64,000 bases of DNA from Cetorhinus maximus (lineage: Eukaryota). The stretch lies in the NCBI RefSeq assembly GCF_964194155.1, contig NC_135890.1:85064001-85128000 (forward strand), read 5' to 3'. Numbering within the stretch: position 1 is the stretch's first letter; the number at the start of each line of letters is the position of its first letter. Below, piece after piece: positions 14,125 through 25,480 of the stretch. Made by a program: the position numbers and the translations under genes. The notes beneath the pieces were generated by a model. It was not told where the DNA came from. It saw only the letters and a program-made list of their open reading frames with translations, and made no database searches.

Positions 14125-14710
14125 CACATGAGTGTACAGAGTGCAAAAGCAAGGAAGTGAACCTTTATAAAACACTGGTTTGCCTCAACAGGCCAATTTT
14201 GAACACCATGGCTTTAGGATGTGAAGGCATTGGAGAAAGTGCAGAAAATACTTCCAGGGATGAGGAACTTCAGTTACGTAGATAGATTGGAGAAACTGTA
14301 GCTGTTTTTCTTAGAGAACAGAAGGTTAAGAGGAGATTTGATAGAGGTGGTCAAATTTATCAGGGGTCTGGACACTGTACTCTGAGAGAAACTGTTCCCA
14401 TTGAAGAAAGTGTCTAGAACCAGAGGACACTGATTTAAGGTTAATAGCAAAAGAACCAAAGGCAATGTGAGGAAAAACTTTTTTATGCAGCGAGTGGTTA
14501 GGTTCTAGAATGCACAGCCTGAGAGAGTGTGCTGAATGCAGATTCATCATGGCTTTCAAAAAGGTATTGGATAATTAACTGAAGGGAAAAATTTTCAGGG
14601 CTTTAGAGAAAGAGCAAGGGGGTGGAACTAACTGAGTTGCTCTTGCAGAGAGTCAGCTCAGTCACAAAGCGCTGAATGGCCTCCTTCTGTGCTAAAAATG
14701 TTCTATGATT
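14125..14710 (+). mobile_element. 5'-truncated CR1 LINE 3' end
   Basis: tataaaacactggtt, aggttaagaggagatttgatagag, 3' UTR gctgaatggcctccttctgtgc and ttctatgatt tail. Confidence 0.85.
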
Positions 14711-15365
14711 TAGGTGAGACTTGTGTTCCAGACTGTAAATGTGGGGATTTTGTAGATTAAATTGAACTACTGTTAGCTCATATTTGCTGGAATCCGAAAA
14801 TACAGCCCAAAATTCTTTTTTGGGATTTTCCTTTGGTTAAAAGTTGTAAACTGTTTTAATAATCCTAAAGACAAAGTCAATTAAATAGATTTTTTGAAAA
14901 TGACTAAACTGCACTGTATGATTCATGTCAATAAGATAACAAAACAATATAAAGTATGCACCATTTCTAATGATTTAATAGTTTAATGTAATAGTCAGTC
15001 AATTAGAATATGGATAGAATTAGATATTGGATATTAATGAAATATGTAACAAATATCATTAGTCAATTGAAAATGTGGGGACTGTAACAGCATCATGATG
15101 TCATTGTCAACAAAAGGAAACAATGATAAAGCTCTCAAAATAGAAAATACCACGAGTGCTCAGCTGGGGAAAATTTAGTTTTAAAATAGCATTACAATCA
15201 TTAAACAAATGTTGAACATTCTCTATGTGTTGAAGCTCATAGGAGGACAATGTTAGATGATTGTATTTGGCAAAATAGACTTGCATTGGCAAGAAAACAA
15301 GGCATACTTATGTGGTGCTGGTGGCACTGCTGACTTCAATGGCAAGAATATAAAGTAAATGAGCT

Positions 15366-15524
15366 GGTACCACTACCATTGGCGGCATCAATATTTACCG
15401 TCACAATACTGGAGGCGTCAATATCTACCGTAAAAATGTTGGAGGATTGAATACCTTCCTCTATACTATTGAAGTCACCAATACCTACGTTAACAACTGT
15501 GTATTGTTCGGTATATGCAAATAA
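15366..15524. repeat. Degenerate 30-bp tandem repeat (about 4 units), open on both strands
   Basis: attggcggcatcaatatttaccgtcacaat / actggaggcgtcaatatctaccgtaaaaat / gttggaggattgaataccttcctctatact / attgaagtcaccaatacctacgttaacaac. Confidence 0.75.
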
Positions 15525-15679
15525 TAAAGAGTCAAAGAAATAATAGAATAAAGAAGGCAATAGCAAAAAAATACAAGGCACAAATTAATATGAAACCAAG
15601 TTAAAGGCATCAATTAAATATAAACTCAAGTAATTGCATTTTTGGAACTCAATTAATACTCATCAATAAAAAAATTGGA

Positions 15680-18600
15680 AGTGGAGGCAATGTGTCAGGA
15701 CTGTAATATGTGGAACTGTGTGTACAGTGATACTCTCCTAGACTGTAACATCTGCAGTAACTGTCTCTGTGGCTTCAGTGACTTTGGCTCAGTCTTTGAG
15801 CTGGAATGTGTGTCAGAGACACTCCATCATATAAGGGAGGGGGAAGAATTTTTGAATAGTTTTCGCCAGAGGACACAGTCATAATTCAGAGGAAAACTCA
15901 GGTGTCGGAAGGGGAGTGTGTGATTATTAGTCAACAGGATAAGGGTAACCAAGGAATGACAGAGAAAAAGATCCTGCAGATACTGGTGTTGATCGACAGG
16001 TACAATGTACTTGCTACTCATGAGGATAAGGATGCAGGCTGAAGGGCTGACTGCCAGAACATTAACCATAGCACTGTGGAGCAGGAGGCAGTCTGGGGGA
16101 AAAGGTGGCAGGAAGGGGGGATGTGGGGATGGGGGAGAGCAGAATATAAAGATTGTAGTCAAAAGGACTCGATAATTAGGGGGATAGATAGCACCCTCCG
16201 TAGTCATGACTAAGAGTCCAGAAGGGTGGTGTTGTTTACCTAGTACAAAGGTAAAGGATATCCTGCAGCAAATGGAAAGGAATTAAAGGGACAAATGGCA
16301 CATGGAGGAAAAGGGAAGAAGTCCACTCAAGGGAAAATCAGAAGTTAGGAACCAAAATAACAATTGGAGGACCTTATGGGTTACTACCCAAGCCACATGA
16401 TAACGGGCATAGAGATTCACAGATCAGAAAGGTGAATGCTTGACTGAAAGATTGGTGTGGGAAGGAGGATTTCCAGTTCACAGAACGCTGGCACCAGTAC
16501 TGGGTAAGGAAGGAGCTGAACTGATGGGACTGGCTCCACCTGAACCAGGAGTGGGACCTGTGCCATAGTGGAAAGTTGGGCTGTTGATAGGACTAACTAG
16601 TAGGATAGGTTGAGAGTGGGGGAGGGATTTGTTTAAATTAATGCAAGTCTGAAGATAAAAGAAGTAGTAGATGAAAGTAATGGTCAGACCAAGGTAAGTA
16701 ACAAGGCTAACATAAATAGCAGTTAATAAACAGAAGTATAAAATAAATGCTAATAATTAAGTAAAAGGAACAACTACTTAAGACAAAATATACTGCCTGG
16801 ACAGTAAGGCACATAGCATCCAAAATAAAACAGGGGAACTGGAGGCAAAAAATCTCTAATGATACAGTAATGACAATGCCATTGAATGTCAAGGGCGATA
16901 ACACAGGTTATGGAGTTTTTTCTAATTTGTGGAGGATTCCTTCCTTACCCAGTATAAAATGACCAACAAGAGAAGGAACATTGCTGAATCTAGTAAGGTG
17001 AAATGAACCGGAAGAGATATAGAAGCAAGTGTAGGAGAACATCTAGGCAATAGTGATCACAATGTAATAATGTTTATCTTACTGAGAATGACATAAGTAA
17101 GACAAAGACCAAAATAATAAATTGAAAATAGCTGATCTTAAGGGGATAAGAATAAAACTAGGGAAAATAAACTATAAAAAATTTACTGACATAAAATAGC
17201 AGTGAGAAACATTTCAGTGATCAATAGGGTCCAGTAGAGATATATCCCACTAAGACTAGGAACAAACTATCTAGTAATGACACACCATGGATGAATAAAA
17301 AAAAAGGGTAAAACTGAAAATAAAGAAAAAGATATATATTAAGTACATGGAGAAAGGAGAGAATGACATATGGGAATATAAAAAGGTTTGGAAAGAAGAC
17401 AAAAGCACAAATTAGAAGGCAAAAATATACAAAATTAAATTATTTACGAACATAAAAATAAATAGTAAAGCATTCTATAGACTCATAAATCACAAAAGAA
17501 AACTCACAACAGGAATAGGGCCACCAAGAGATATATGTAAAACTCATAAATAATTACAGCATATTTACCAGGGAGACTAACATGAGAGACATGACACCAG
17601 AAGAAAAGATATATTAAAAAATGAAGATATTTAAGCTAGAATAGGATGAGGGGAGATAATTGGTTAACTAATCAAACTTAGAGAGGATAAAACTCCTGGG
17701 TGGATCCATGCATACTAAGATAAGTTAGGGAAGAGAAAGCTGAAGCACAATCACAGATATAAAATTATTCCGACAGGGAACAGTGCCAGAAAACTTGCAG
17801 GCAGCTAATATGATAATTATATTATAAAAGGGAGATAGAACAAATCCAAGGAACTGTAGGCCAATTGGCATAACATCAGTATATGGAAAAGATCATGGAA
17901 TGCTTAATCAGTGATTCAACAGAAAGTTTTAAAGAAATTGAAAATATAATTAAAAAAAGCATGGATTTCAAAAGGGTAGGTCATGATTGACCTTACTGAA
18001 TTTTTTGAAGAAATAACAGAAAGGATAGACAACAGCAATGGAGTAGACGCAAGATATTTGGATTTTCAAAAGGCCCTCAAGATGGTACTGCATATAGTAG
18101 ACCCATGACTCAGATCAGAATATGAGGGTCAGGAGACCAGTAGCAGAAAGGATAGCAAGCTGGTTACAAAACAGAGAGTAGGAGTTAAAGATAGTTACAC
18201 ATGATAAATGGTGGATAGTGATGTTCCACAAGATTGGTGCAGGGAAATAAATGTCTAAATAGAGTAGATGAATAGAGGGATATGGAGGTGGAAACAGGTA
18301 CACAGGTTAATAAGATCTTTAAAATGCAAAAAAAGCACTGGGGTTCAATTCTAAAGGGACAGAAATGAAAAGCAGAGAAATTACATTAAACTTGTACAGA
18401 TCCCTGGTGGTGTACTGTGAACAGTTCTGATCTCCGCATTATATAAACAACATAGTGGCAGTGAAGAAGGTGCAACAATGTTATACTAGAGTGATACCTG
18501 AACTGAGAGATTATATCTAACAGGAAAGACTGAGCAGGCGAGGGCTCCTTTTTCTAGAAAAGGACAACTCCTTTTCTAGAGAAAGGAGCCCTCGCCTGCT

Positions 18601-18925
18601 CAGCAGTGGCCTTATAGAGGTTTGATAGGGTAGACGGACACTTACAGGCAGACAAAACTAGGGGCCATAAGAAAAAGATAGCCACTAATAAATCAGGTAG
18701 GAAATTCTGGAGAAACTTCTTCACTCAGGGTGGTAAGAGAGGTTGCAGCAAATAGCATTGATGCATTAATGGGAAAGTTAGATAAGCATGAGGGACAAAG
18801 GAATAGAAGGATATGACGCTGGGGTTAGGTATTGAGGGGTGTCAGGAGGCTTATGTGGAACAGAAACACCAACATGGATCCATTGGGCCAAATGGCCTGT
18901 TTCTGTGTAACACTATGTAATATAT
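15680..18925 (+). mobile_element. Old, heavily decayed CR1 LINE with internal deletions
   Basis: ORF1 zinc finger CQDCNMW..CNICSNC (15675-15884); esterase end gattggtgtgggaagg..ggcaccagtactggg; APE SDH motif (agtgatcac); RT gattttcaaaaggcc; 3' UTR gggccaaatggcctgtttctgtg. Confidence 0.85.
18530..18603. repeat. Near-perfect inverted duplication (35-bp arms, 4-nt loop)
   Basis: ctgagcaggcgagggctcctttttctagaaaagga caac tccttttctagagaaaggagccctcgcctgctcag; one mismatch between the arms. Confidence 0.95.
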
Positions 18926-18939
18926 ATTTAAAGGGCACC

Positions 18940-19400
18940 TTCAATATGGTAGACATCTTAAGGGGTTTTAATGATGAGGTGGGGATAGGGGGAGAATAAT
19001 AAAGGAACAATAAAAATGTATCAGAGGTGAGGGAGTGAAAATTTGGTTGAAACTTGAGTTTTCAGAAGGTTTTTGAAAGTGGAGAGAGAAGTGAGGGGGG
19101 TTTAGTGAGAGAATTGCAGAGAGTAGGGCTGACTCCGTTGAAGGATTTCTGACATTCATAAGGCAAAGAGAGTTGGGATGCACAAAATAGCAGAGCTGGA
19201 GGAAAGAAGAATGCAAGAGGGGACACTACAAAGCTAAAATGAGGCAAAGCTATGGAAAGATTTGCCGATAAGAAGGATTATAAATTCAATGCATTGGGGG
19301 TACAGCAGGTTAATGTAGATCAGTGAGGGTCAGGTAATGAGCAATTGGGACTCAGTGCAGAATAGAATATGGTCAGGTGAGATCTGAACAAGTTGGAGTT
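18940..19400 (-). mobile_element. Old L2 LINE 3' fragment (continues at 23292-23428 after the Harbinger insertion)
   Basis: Purine-rich reverse L2 3' region (gagagaattgcagagagtaggg, ttataaattcaatgcattgg), continuing as ctgggtcaaacaggactccaaggtt. Confidence 0.55.
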
Positions 19401-19649
19401 AATGGGCAGAATTTTCCGTTTGTCGGGTGGGCGGGCCTGACCCAATCGCAGGCGGGCGTGGAGCCGCTGGCGAACTGGGCCGTGCCGCCATTTTGCGCGG
19501 GCGGGCCAATTAAGGCCCGCCCAGCGCATTTCACACTCCCATGGAGAGCAGGATTTTCAAATTTGTGGTGGGCGTGTACAGACCAATTTCAATGGGTATC
19601 GGCAGTCTGTATAAAGAATGGCCAGGCAGCCTCCTTTAGGCTGATGACC

Positions 19650-22270
19650 ATGGCCAGCTATAGGTGCAGGGGGTCTGCACAGCAGGCTCTGGAGGAGGGC
19701 AGGCCAGAGGAGGAGGACAGGCTGCAGGGTAGGCCAGTGGGGAGCCAATGTGCCCCTCGTTTCTCTGATGCCTGCCTTGTTGCCCTTCTCGAGGAGGTGG
19801 CAGCACGATGAGGGGTCCTGTTTCCTGAGGATGGGAGGAGGAGGGCCCCCCACGTCACAAAGCAGGCCTGGCAGGAGGTGGTGGAGGTGGTCAGCTCCCA
19901 AGATGCTGTCCGTCGAACAGGGACCCAGTACCGCAAGCGCTTCAATGATTTGTTGCGCTCTGGATGGGTGAGTACCATGTCGACTGTGGCCATTTAACCC
20001 AGCAGGTAGCCTTAGCCTTTGAGGCCACCCCCCATGTCTTAGTGTCGTTACTGCATTGAGCAGTTGGCGCACGCTGGGTGGGCAAACAGATAGTGACCAT
20101 GCTTATATCAGCCTTAGTGGTTGATGAGAAGATGGGTTCTCCCCGCAGCATATGTTGGTGTTTGTCACATTTGAGTAGTCTGGGGGCAACCTGCAGGAGA
20201 GGCAGCTAGGTACATACTCAGAACTCCAACACATGTCTTATTGATGGTGTTGAGATGGTGGAAGGGGAGCCTCAAGGTGCCGTGGCCAAGAGCCATCTGC
20301 TGGCCTTGGCGCCACACCTAGTTGCGCCTCCTTGCCATGGGCGCTAAGACCCCTGTGATATTGAAAGTGATGGACGCCGAATATGTCCAAGGTGGTCGTT
20401 GCTGGAGGGGGTTGGGAGCAGCCGTACTATCTTCTGGTGACTGATCACCAGTAGTGTGGACAGGAGCCGCTGGAGACCTCAGATGGGCCACTGTGGTTGG
20501 GGTGCGGCGTGCCCGTGCAGAGTACATGAGCGATCAGCCCCAATAAATGGTGTTCTCTGTTCTGCAGGCGAAAACTGAGCACAACACCCAAGAGTGTTTG
20601 CGCACTGGTGGTGGCCAGGCCATGCTGCACACAGTGACCCACTTCGAAGAACAGGCCATGGAGCTAGAAAGAAGCCAAGCGGCCAGGTCGGCAGGTGTCG
20701 GTGAGGCTGGGGTGCAGCAGCCAGGTATTTGAGGCCCACGGTTCCATCCACTCTGTCTTCCCACCATCCAAAGCACTGATGATTGCTGCAATCGCCAATG
20801 CAGCAACACTGCTCATTCATAGACTGATACAGTCAGACATGTGGGTCATACACAAAGGTCCCTCGGCCCCTTGAGGATGCACGTCTCTAGCATCTTCCAA
20901 AGTCGCCTTATCCCATTTCTGACCACTATCCCCATGGCCTAACATGCCATGGCATTGCTGCTGCACATCCAAATATTTATTGCATCTTAGGAGGGTTTGT
21001 ACCTCCACCACCCTTTCAGCCAGTGCGTCCCACATTACTCTGTCCAAAAGGTCCTCAGCACCTCACCTGTCAACCTCATGGCACTCAACATAAATCAATG
21101 CCACCACGTTAGTCATCTCTCCACCAAGGGGAAATGTTGCCTTCTGTCCACCCGGCCTATGCCCCTCATGACGGTATGAAGGTCAATAATTTGACCTATC
21201 AATCTCCTGTGCTCCACGGCAAATGTCACAAGTGTATGCAATGTTTCCTCATAACTCCAACTCTCCAGGCCAGCATGCATTCTGGTCAGGAACCACTGCA
21301 CTCTCTCCACTCCAATGCCTTCCCTCCCATGAAGCGCAGGTCACAACTGAACGCAAAAGTGTAGCTGTGGCCTCGACAGCGTTTTCTGCACTTGCAACAT
21401 AACCTCCCTTTTCCTGCATTCTATTCCTCGGCTAATAAAGGCAAGTCTGGCTTTTACCTTGATAAAAACCTTATGTTCCTGTTCTGCTACCTTAATGGGT
21501 CTGCCCAGCAAGATCCCTGTGATCGTCCTAACTTTCCATGGTCCTACCATTTCTACTGTATTCCCATACCTTGTTTGTCTTGCCCAAGTGCTTAACCTCA
21601 CACTTATCCACCTAACATTCCATGTGGCATTCCTTAGGCCATCTGACCAGCATGTCTGTATGCGCGTGTAACGTTTGGGCCTCCTCTTGACTATTTACCA
21701 CCCCACCAATGTCTGTCTCCTTAGGTTCTTGAAGGTTGAGCGCATTATGAGCCTGGGGGGGGAAGGGATGAATTGTGTTACTGACTGAACGCTAACTGAT
21801 GCACTGTCCTTGTTGTTAATTTCAGCATCACCACCGCATGGCTGCCAGGAGGACGTCCAGAGTCCCGCTTCCACGCCTGAGGGGCGTCAATTGGCACGAG
21901 CGTCACATCATTTCAGTGAGCCAGGCACCAGTGCAGCGACTACCACATCGGTGGGGAATATAACGTTGGCTAGTGTCGCGGGGCACAGTGGAGAGGGCAC
22001 TTCACAATCGCTGGAGGAGATGGCACGGACAGAGAGTGCCGATGGCGCCAACAACCGGAGGACTACATGGAACCAGGTACATGCTGAGTCGGGCCGTGAT
22101 ATGCTGCCTCTGGAGATGTCAGCCATGCAGCAGCTGCAGGACAAGCGGCCGGGTGCGCGGGAGCATCTGGCAGGGTTGCATGAGAGTGTGCTTCACTTGG
22201 TCTCTGTGGTGGAGGAATCCAGGCAGAATGTCAGTGATGGCATGAACCTCAGGACAGAGCGTCAGGCTGA
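19650..22270 (+). pseudogene. Harbinger Myb/SANT-like (NAIF1/MSANTD-type) DNA-binding gene, exons 19650-19967, 20568-20724, 21826-~22270
   Basis: PRFSDACLVALLEEVAAR*GVLFP..W.EV...RT..Q.RKRFNDL trihelix motif. GT-AG sites are phase-consistent (0 then 1). One TGA at 19809 (probable CGA decay). 3' end lost in the deletion. Confidence 0.85.
20895..21725 (-). mobile_element. Diverged CR1 3' fragment inside the Harbinger Myb intron
   Basis: LAFISRGIECRKREVMLQVQKTLSRPQLHFCVQ and ERVQWFLTRMHAGLESWSYEETL..RRLIGQII are CR1 ORF2 C-terminal motifs. Confidence 0.8.
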
Positions 22271-22872
22271 CTTGCCTGGTCGCAGCGGAAGTGCATGATG
22301 GTCAATGCACGTCTGAACAGAGTATCTGTAACCTGCTTGACACAAGTGTGGACAGCTGATTGGGAGACACTGCAAAGATCACCCATCGAGCTCTGGAAGG
22401 AGCCAGATGCATAGAAGTGGAGGGCAACTGTGAGCTTCAGAGCTGCTGGCATGGGGTGTCCGCCCACACAGTTAGGAGATATCTCAGGGCCAATCATCTG
22501 ACAGATGTAGTTGACTGTTTCTCTTGACAGTCGGAGCCTCCTTTGGCACTGCACCTCAGTTATATTGAGGTAGCTGCTTCACCGCCTGTATACCCTGGCA
22601 GCAGGATAGTGGCGTCTTCTGTGGCCCCTTCCACCCTAGTCAACCTCTTGGACCTGTGCCCCTTGTGCCTGCGCCTGACCTCCCAAAGGTGGCTCCCCTG
22701 GAAGCTGATTGTCCACTCCTGGCCTCCTCCTTATTCTGGCCCTCCCTTCATCCACCGAGGAGCTGCCTCCAGTGGAGATGTCAGAACCCAAAGCCAGGCT
22801 AAATGGAGGCCTCCGGAAAGCTGCAGGCCCGATAAAGATTACTGACTGCAGAGTGCTGAGCTGAAGCTTCAT
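22270..22872 (-). pseudogene. Harbinger (HARBI1-like) transposase N-terminal part, DDE domain deleted
   Basis: CQRRLRLSRETVNYICQMI..LKLTVALHFYASGSFQSSMGDLCSVSQSAVHTCVKQVTDTL is the HARBI1-type HTH region. Confidence 0.9.
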
Positions 22873-23429
22873 AGTACAGAGGACGCTGCTGGAAATCGAT
22901 CTGAACTGCTACCGATCACACAGGCAAGTTTAAAACAGTTGCTGCAATAAATACTTCACATAAAACATTGGCAACCCCACTGAGCCCACATATCTCGCTC
23001 GTGGATGAGTTTTGTTAAAAAATCACTTACCCACCTGCCTGTTGTGCCCATGCGCCGAGCTGAAGATCGCACAGGCGCCTCAAAATCGGTGTCGATTGCC
23101 GAGTTAAGGGCCTTAACAAGCCCTTTAATTAATGGCGGGTGCGCGTCGCACTTCATCGCGTGCCCGCCCAGCTAAATATCGCGATGGCGCGTGGTGATGT
23201 CGGGACGCTCGCCCGACGTCAGCGTGCGCCATTTTAAGCGCTGATGTGCGGGGCCCGCCACCCGCACGTCATCCAGAAAATTCTGCCCAATATGTTGGAT
23301 GAAAAATGGGAAACTGACAAAAAGTGATAAAAACATTGTAAAGGATGTAAACAAACTTGGTGATGGAATGAAGTTGAGTTCTGGGTCAAACAGGACTCCA
23401 AGGTTATGTATGGCTTGGTTCAGCCTGTA

Positions 23430-24860
23430 TATGGACACTGACAACATCCCGGCTGAAGCACTGAAGGCTTGTGTTCCAGAACAAGCTGCACTCCTAGCCA
23501 AGCTGCTCCAGTACAACTACTATACTATCATCTACCTGATAATGCAAAAAATGTCAGGTATGTACTGTCCACAAAAAGCAGGACAAATCCAATCCAGACA
23601 ATTTCTGCCCTATCAGTCTACTCTCCATTGTTGGAAAACAATAGAATGTGTCACTGACAATGTTATCAAGCAGCATTTATCCAGCAATAACCCGCTCACC
23701 AATGCTCAGTTTGGGTTCTGCCAAAATCACTTGGCTCCAGACCTCATTACAGCCAAACATGGACAAAAGAGCTGAATATTCAAGAGCTGAGGTGAGAGTG
23801 ACTACCCTTGATATCAAGGAAGCATTTGACCAAGCAGGGCATCAAAAAGCCCTAGCAAAATTGTAGTCAATGGGAATTGGGGGGAAAAAAAGTGTCCACA
23901 AAGCAAGATAGTTGTGGCTATAACAGCCCTATCCTCTCAGGCTCAGGACATCACTGCAGGAGTTCCTCAGGGTTGTCTCTTATGCCCAATCATCTTCAGT
24001 TGCTTTATCATTGACCTTCCTTCCATTGTAAGGTCAGAAGTGGGGATGATTGCAGAGTGTTCAGTAATATTCGCAATGCATTAGATACTGAAGAAGTCAA
24101 TGTTCACATTCAGGAAGACTTGGATAACATTTAGGCTTGGGCTGAAAAGAGACGAGTAACATTCATGTCACAAGTGCTAGTTAATGACCATCTCCAACAA
24201 GAGAGAACTAATCATCTCTCCTTGATATTCAACTGCGTTCCATTGTTGTATTCCCCCACCATCAATATACTGGGGGTAGCATTGACCAGAAACTTAACTG
24301 GACTAGCCATATAAATACTATGGCTACAAGAGCAGATCAGAAGCTGAGAATTCTGTGCTGAGTAACTCACCTCCTGACTCCCTAAAGTCTGTTGATCATC
24401 TACAGCAGCATGATGGCTTGCCTGAATGAATACAGCTCCAACAACACTGAAGCAGCTCAACACCATCCAGGACAAAGCAGCTTGTTTGATTGGTTTCCCA
24501 TCCATCATTGTGGTAGCAGCGTGTAGTATCTACAAGATGCACTGCAGCAACTTACCAAGCCTCCCTCGACAGCACCTTCCAAAGCCACAACCTCAACCAC
24601 ATGGAAGGACAAGGGCAGCAGACATTTGGGAATGTCACCACCTGCAAGTTTCCCTCCAAGCCACAAACCACCCAAGCTTGAAACTATATTGCCATTCCTT
24701 CACTGTTACTGGGTGAAAAACCTGGAAATCCCTTCCAAACTGCACCACATGGACTGCCGCGGTTCAAATAAGGTGACTCACCACCACTTTGAGATTTAGG
24801 GATGGTCAATAAATGCTGGCCTTGACAGCGATACTCACAGCCCATGAACAAATAATAAGT
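23430..24860 (+). mobile_element. 5'-truncated L2/Crack-like (CR1-group) LINE
   Basis: LTNAQFGFCQNH, TLDIKEAFD, APTTLKQLNTIQDKAACLIG; 3' tail ttagggatggtcaataaatgctggcc. Same family as 39775-42103. Confidence 0.85.
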
Positions 24861-25221
24861 GATATAGATACTGGTTGCGTTTTTTCTGGCTACAGTTAGA
24901 CTAAACATTCAGACCATATCTCATTTTAAATAGGGCAGTAATACAATTTTCTGCTTACTGGCCTGTATGATCTTTTCTCAGCTATCAGGTAATAATATGC
25001 CTCTCATCTTATTAACACTTTTAACTTGTGAATCTTTACAATGTCTCCTTGCCCACTTTCAGAGAGTAACAGTCAGAGTTAATGAAATTGAAACTTATTG
25101 TTCTTATTACAATCTGACCAACAAAATTGCAAGAACCCAGCAAAAACTATTTTTCCTTAGCAGTGCAAACCTCAGTAAAACAGTGACTTTCCTCCATTTG
25201 CAGTGAATATATAACTACTGA

Positions 25222-25480
25222 TGGGGTCTTGTGGTATAGTGGGTAGCATCCCTGCCTCTTCGCCAAAGGTCTGGGTTTGAGTCCCACCCTAAGACTTGAT
25301 GGCCAAGTTCGTAATGCAGCCAAGCAGATCAAGTATCAATCTGCAAATCCTTCCAACACACATTAATGGCAGGTGGTAAGAACAGAAGAGATTTCTGCTC
25401 AGCCATGTAATGGAAAGAACATTGGCGCCTCTACCATCACTATCCATTGCTCCAGCATGTAAAAGCCACAGCAACTCGGA
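25222..25480 (+). mobile_element. tRNA-derived SINE
   Basis: A box tggtatagtggg and B box ggtttgagtccc followed by a non-tRNA body. Confidence 0.6.

Larger units (their letters stand above)
19404..23288. mobile_element. PIF/Harbinger DNA transposon, internally deleted
   Basis: Perfect 13-bp TIR gggcagaattttc / gaaaattctgccc; 3-bp TSD AAT (19401-19403, 23289-23291); GC/CpG-rich subterminal regions; convergent Myb/SANT and transposase genes. Confidence 0.95.

Noticed and set aside
22249-22872. Domesticated HARBI1 gene
   Set aside because: It sits inside TIR/TSD, contains stops and lacks the DDE domain, so it is a transposon remnant.
24967-25206. ORF with signal-peptide-like start MPLILLTLLTC
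   Set aside because: No recognisable homology or supporting exon structure. Hydrophobicity is explained by T-rich sequence.
25222-25290. tRNA genes here and at 52648 and 55768
   Set aside because: A/B boxes are present but there is no complete cloverleaf, and they continue into SINE bodies.
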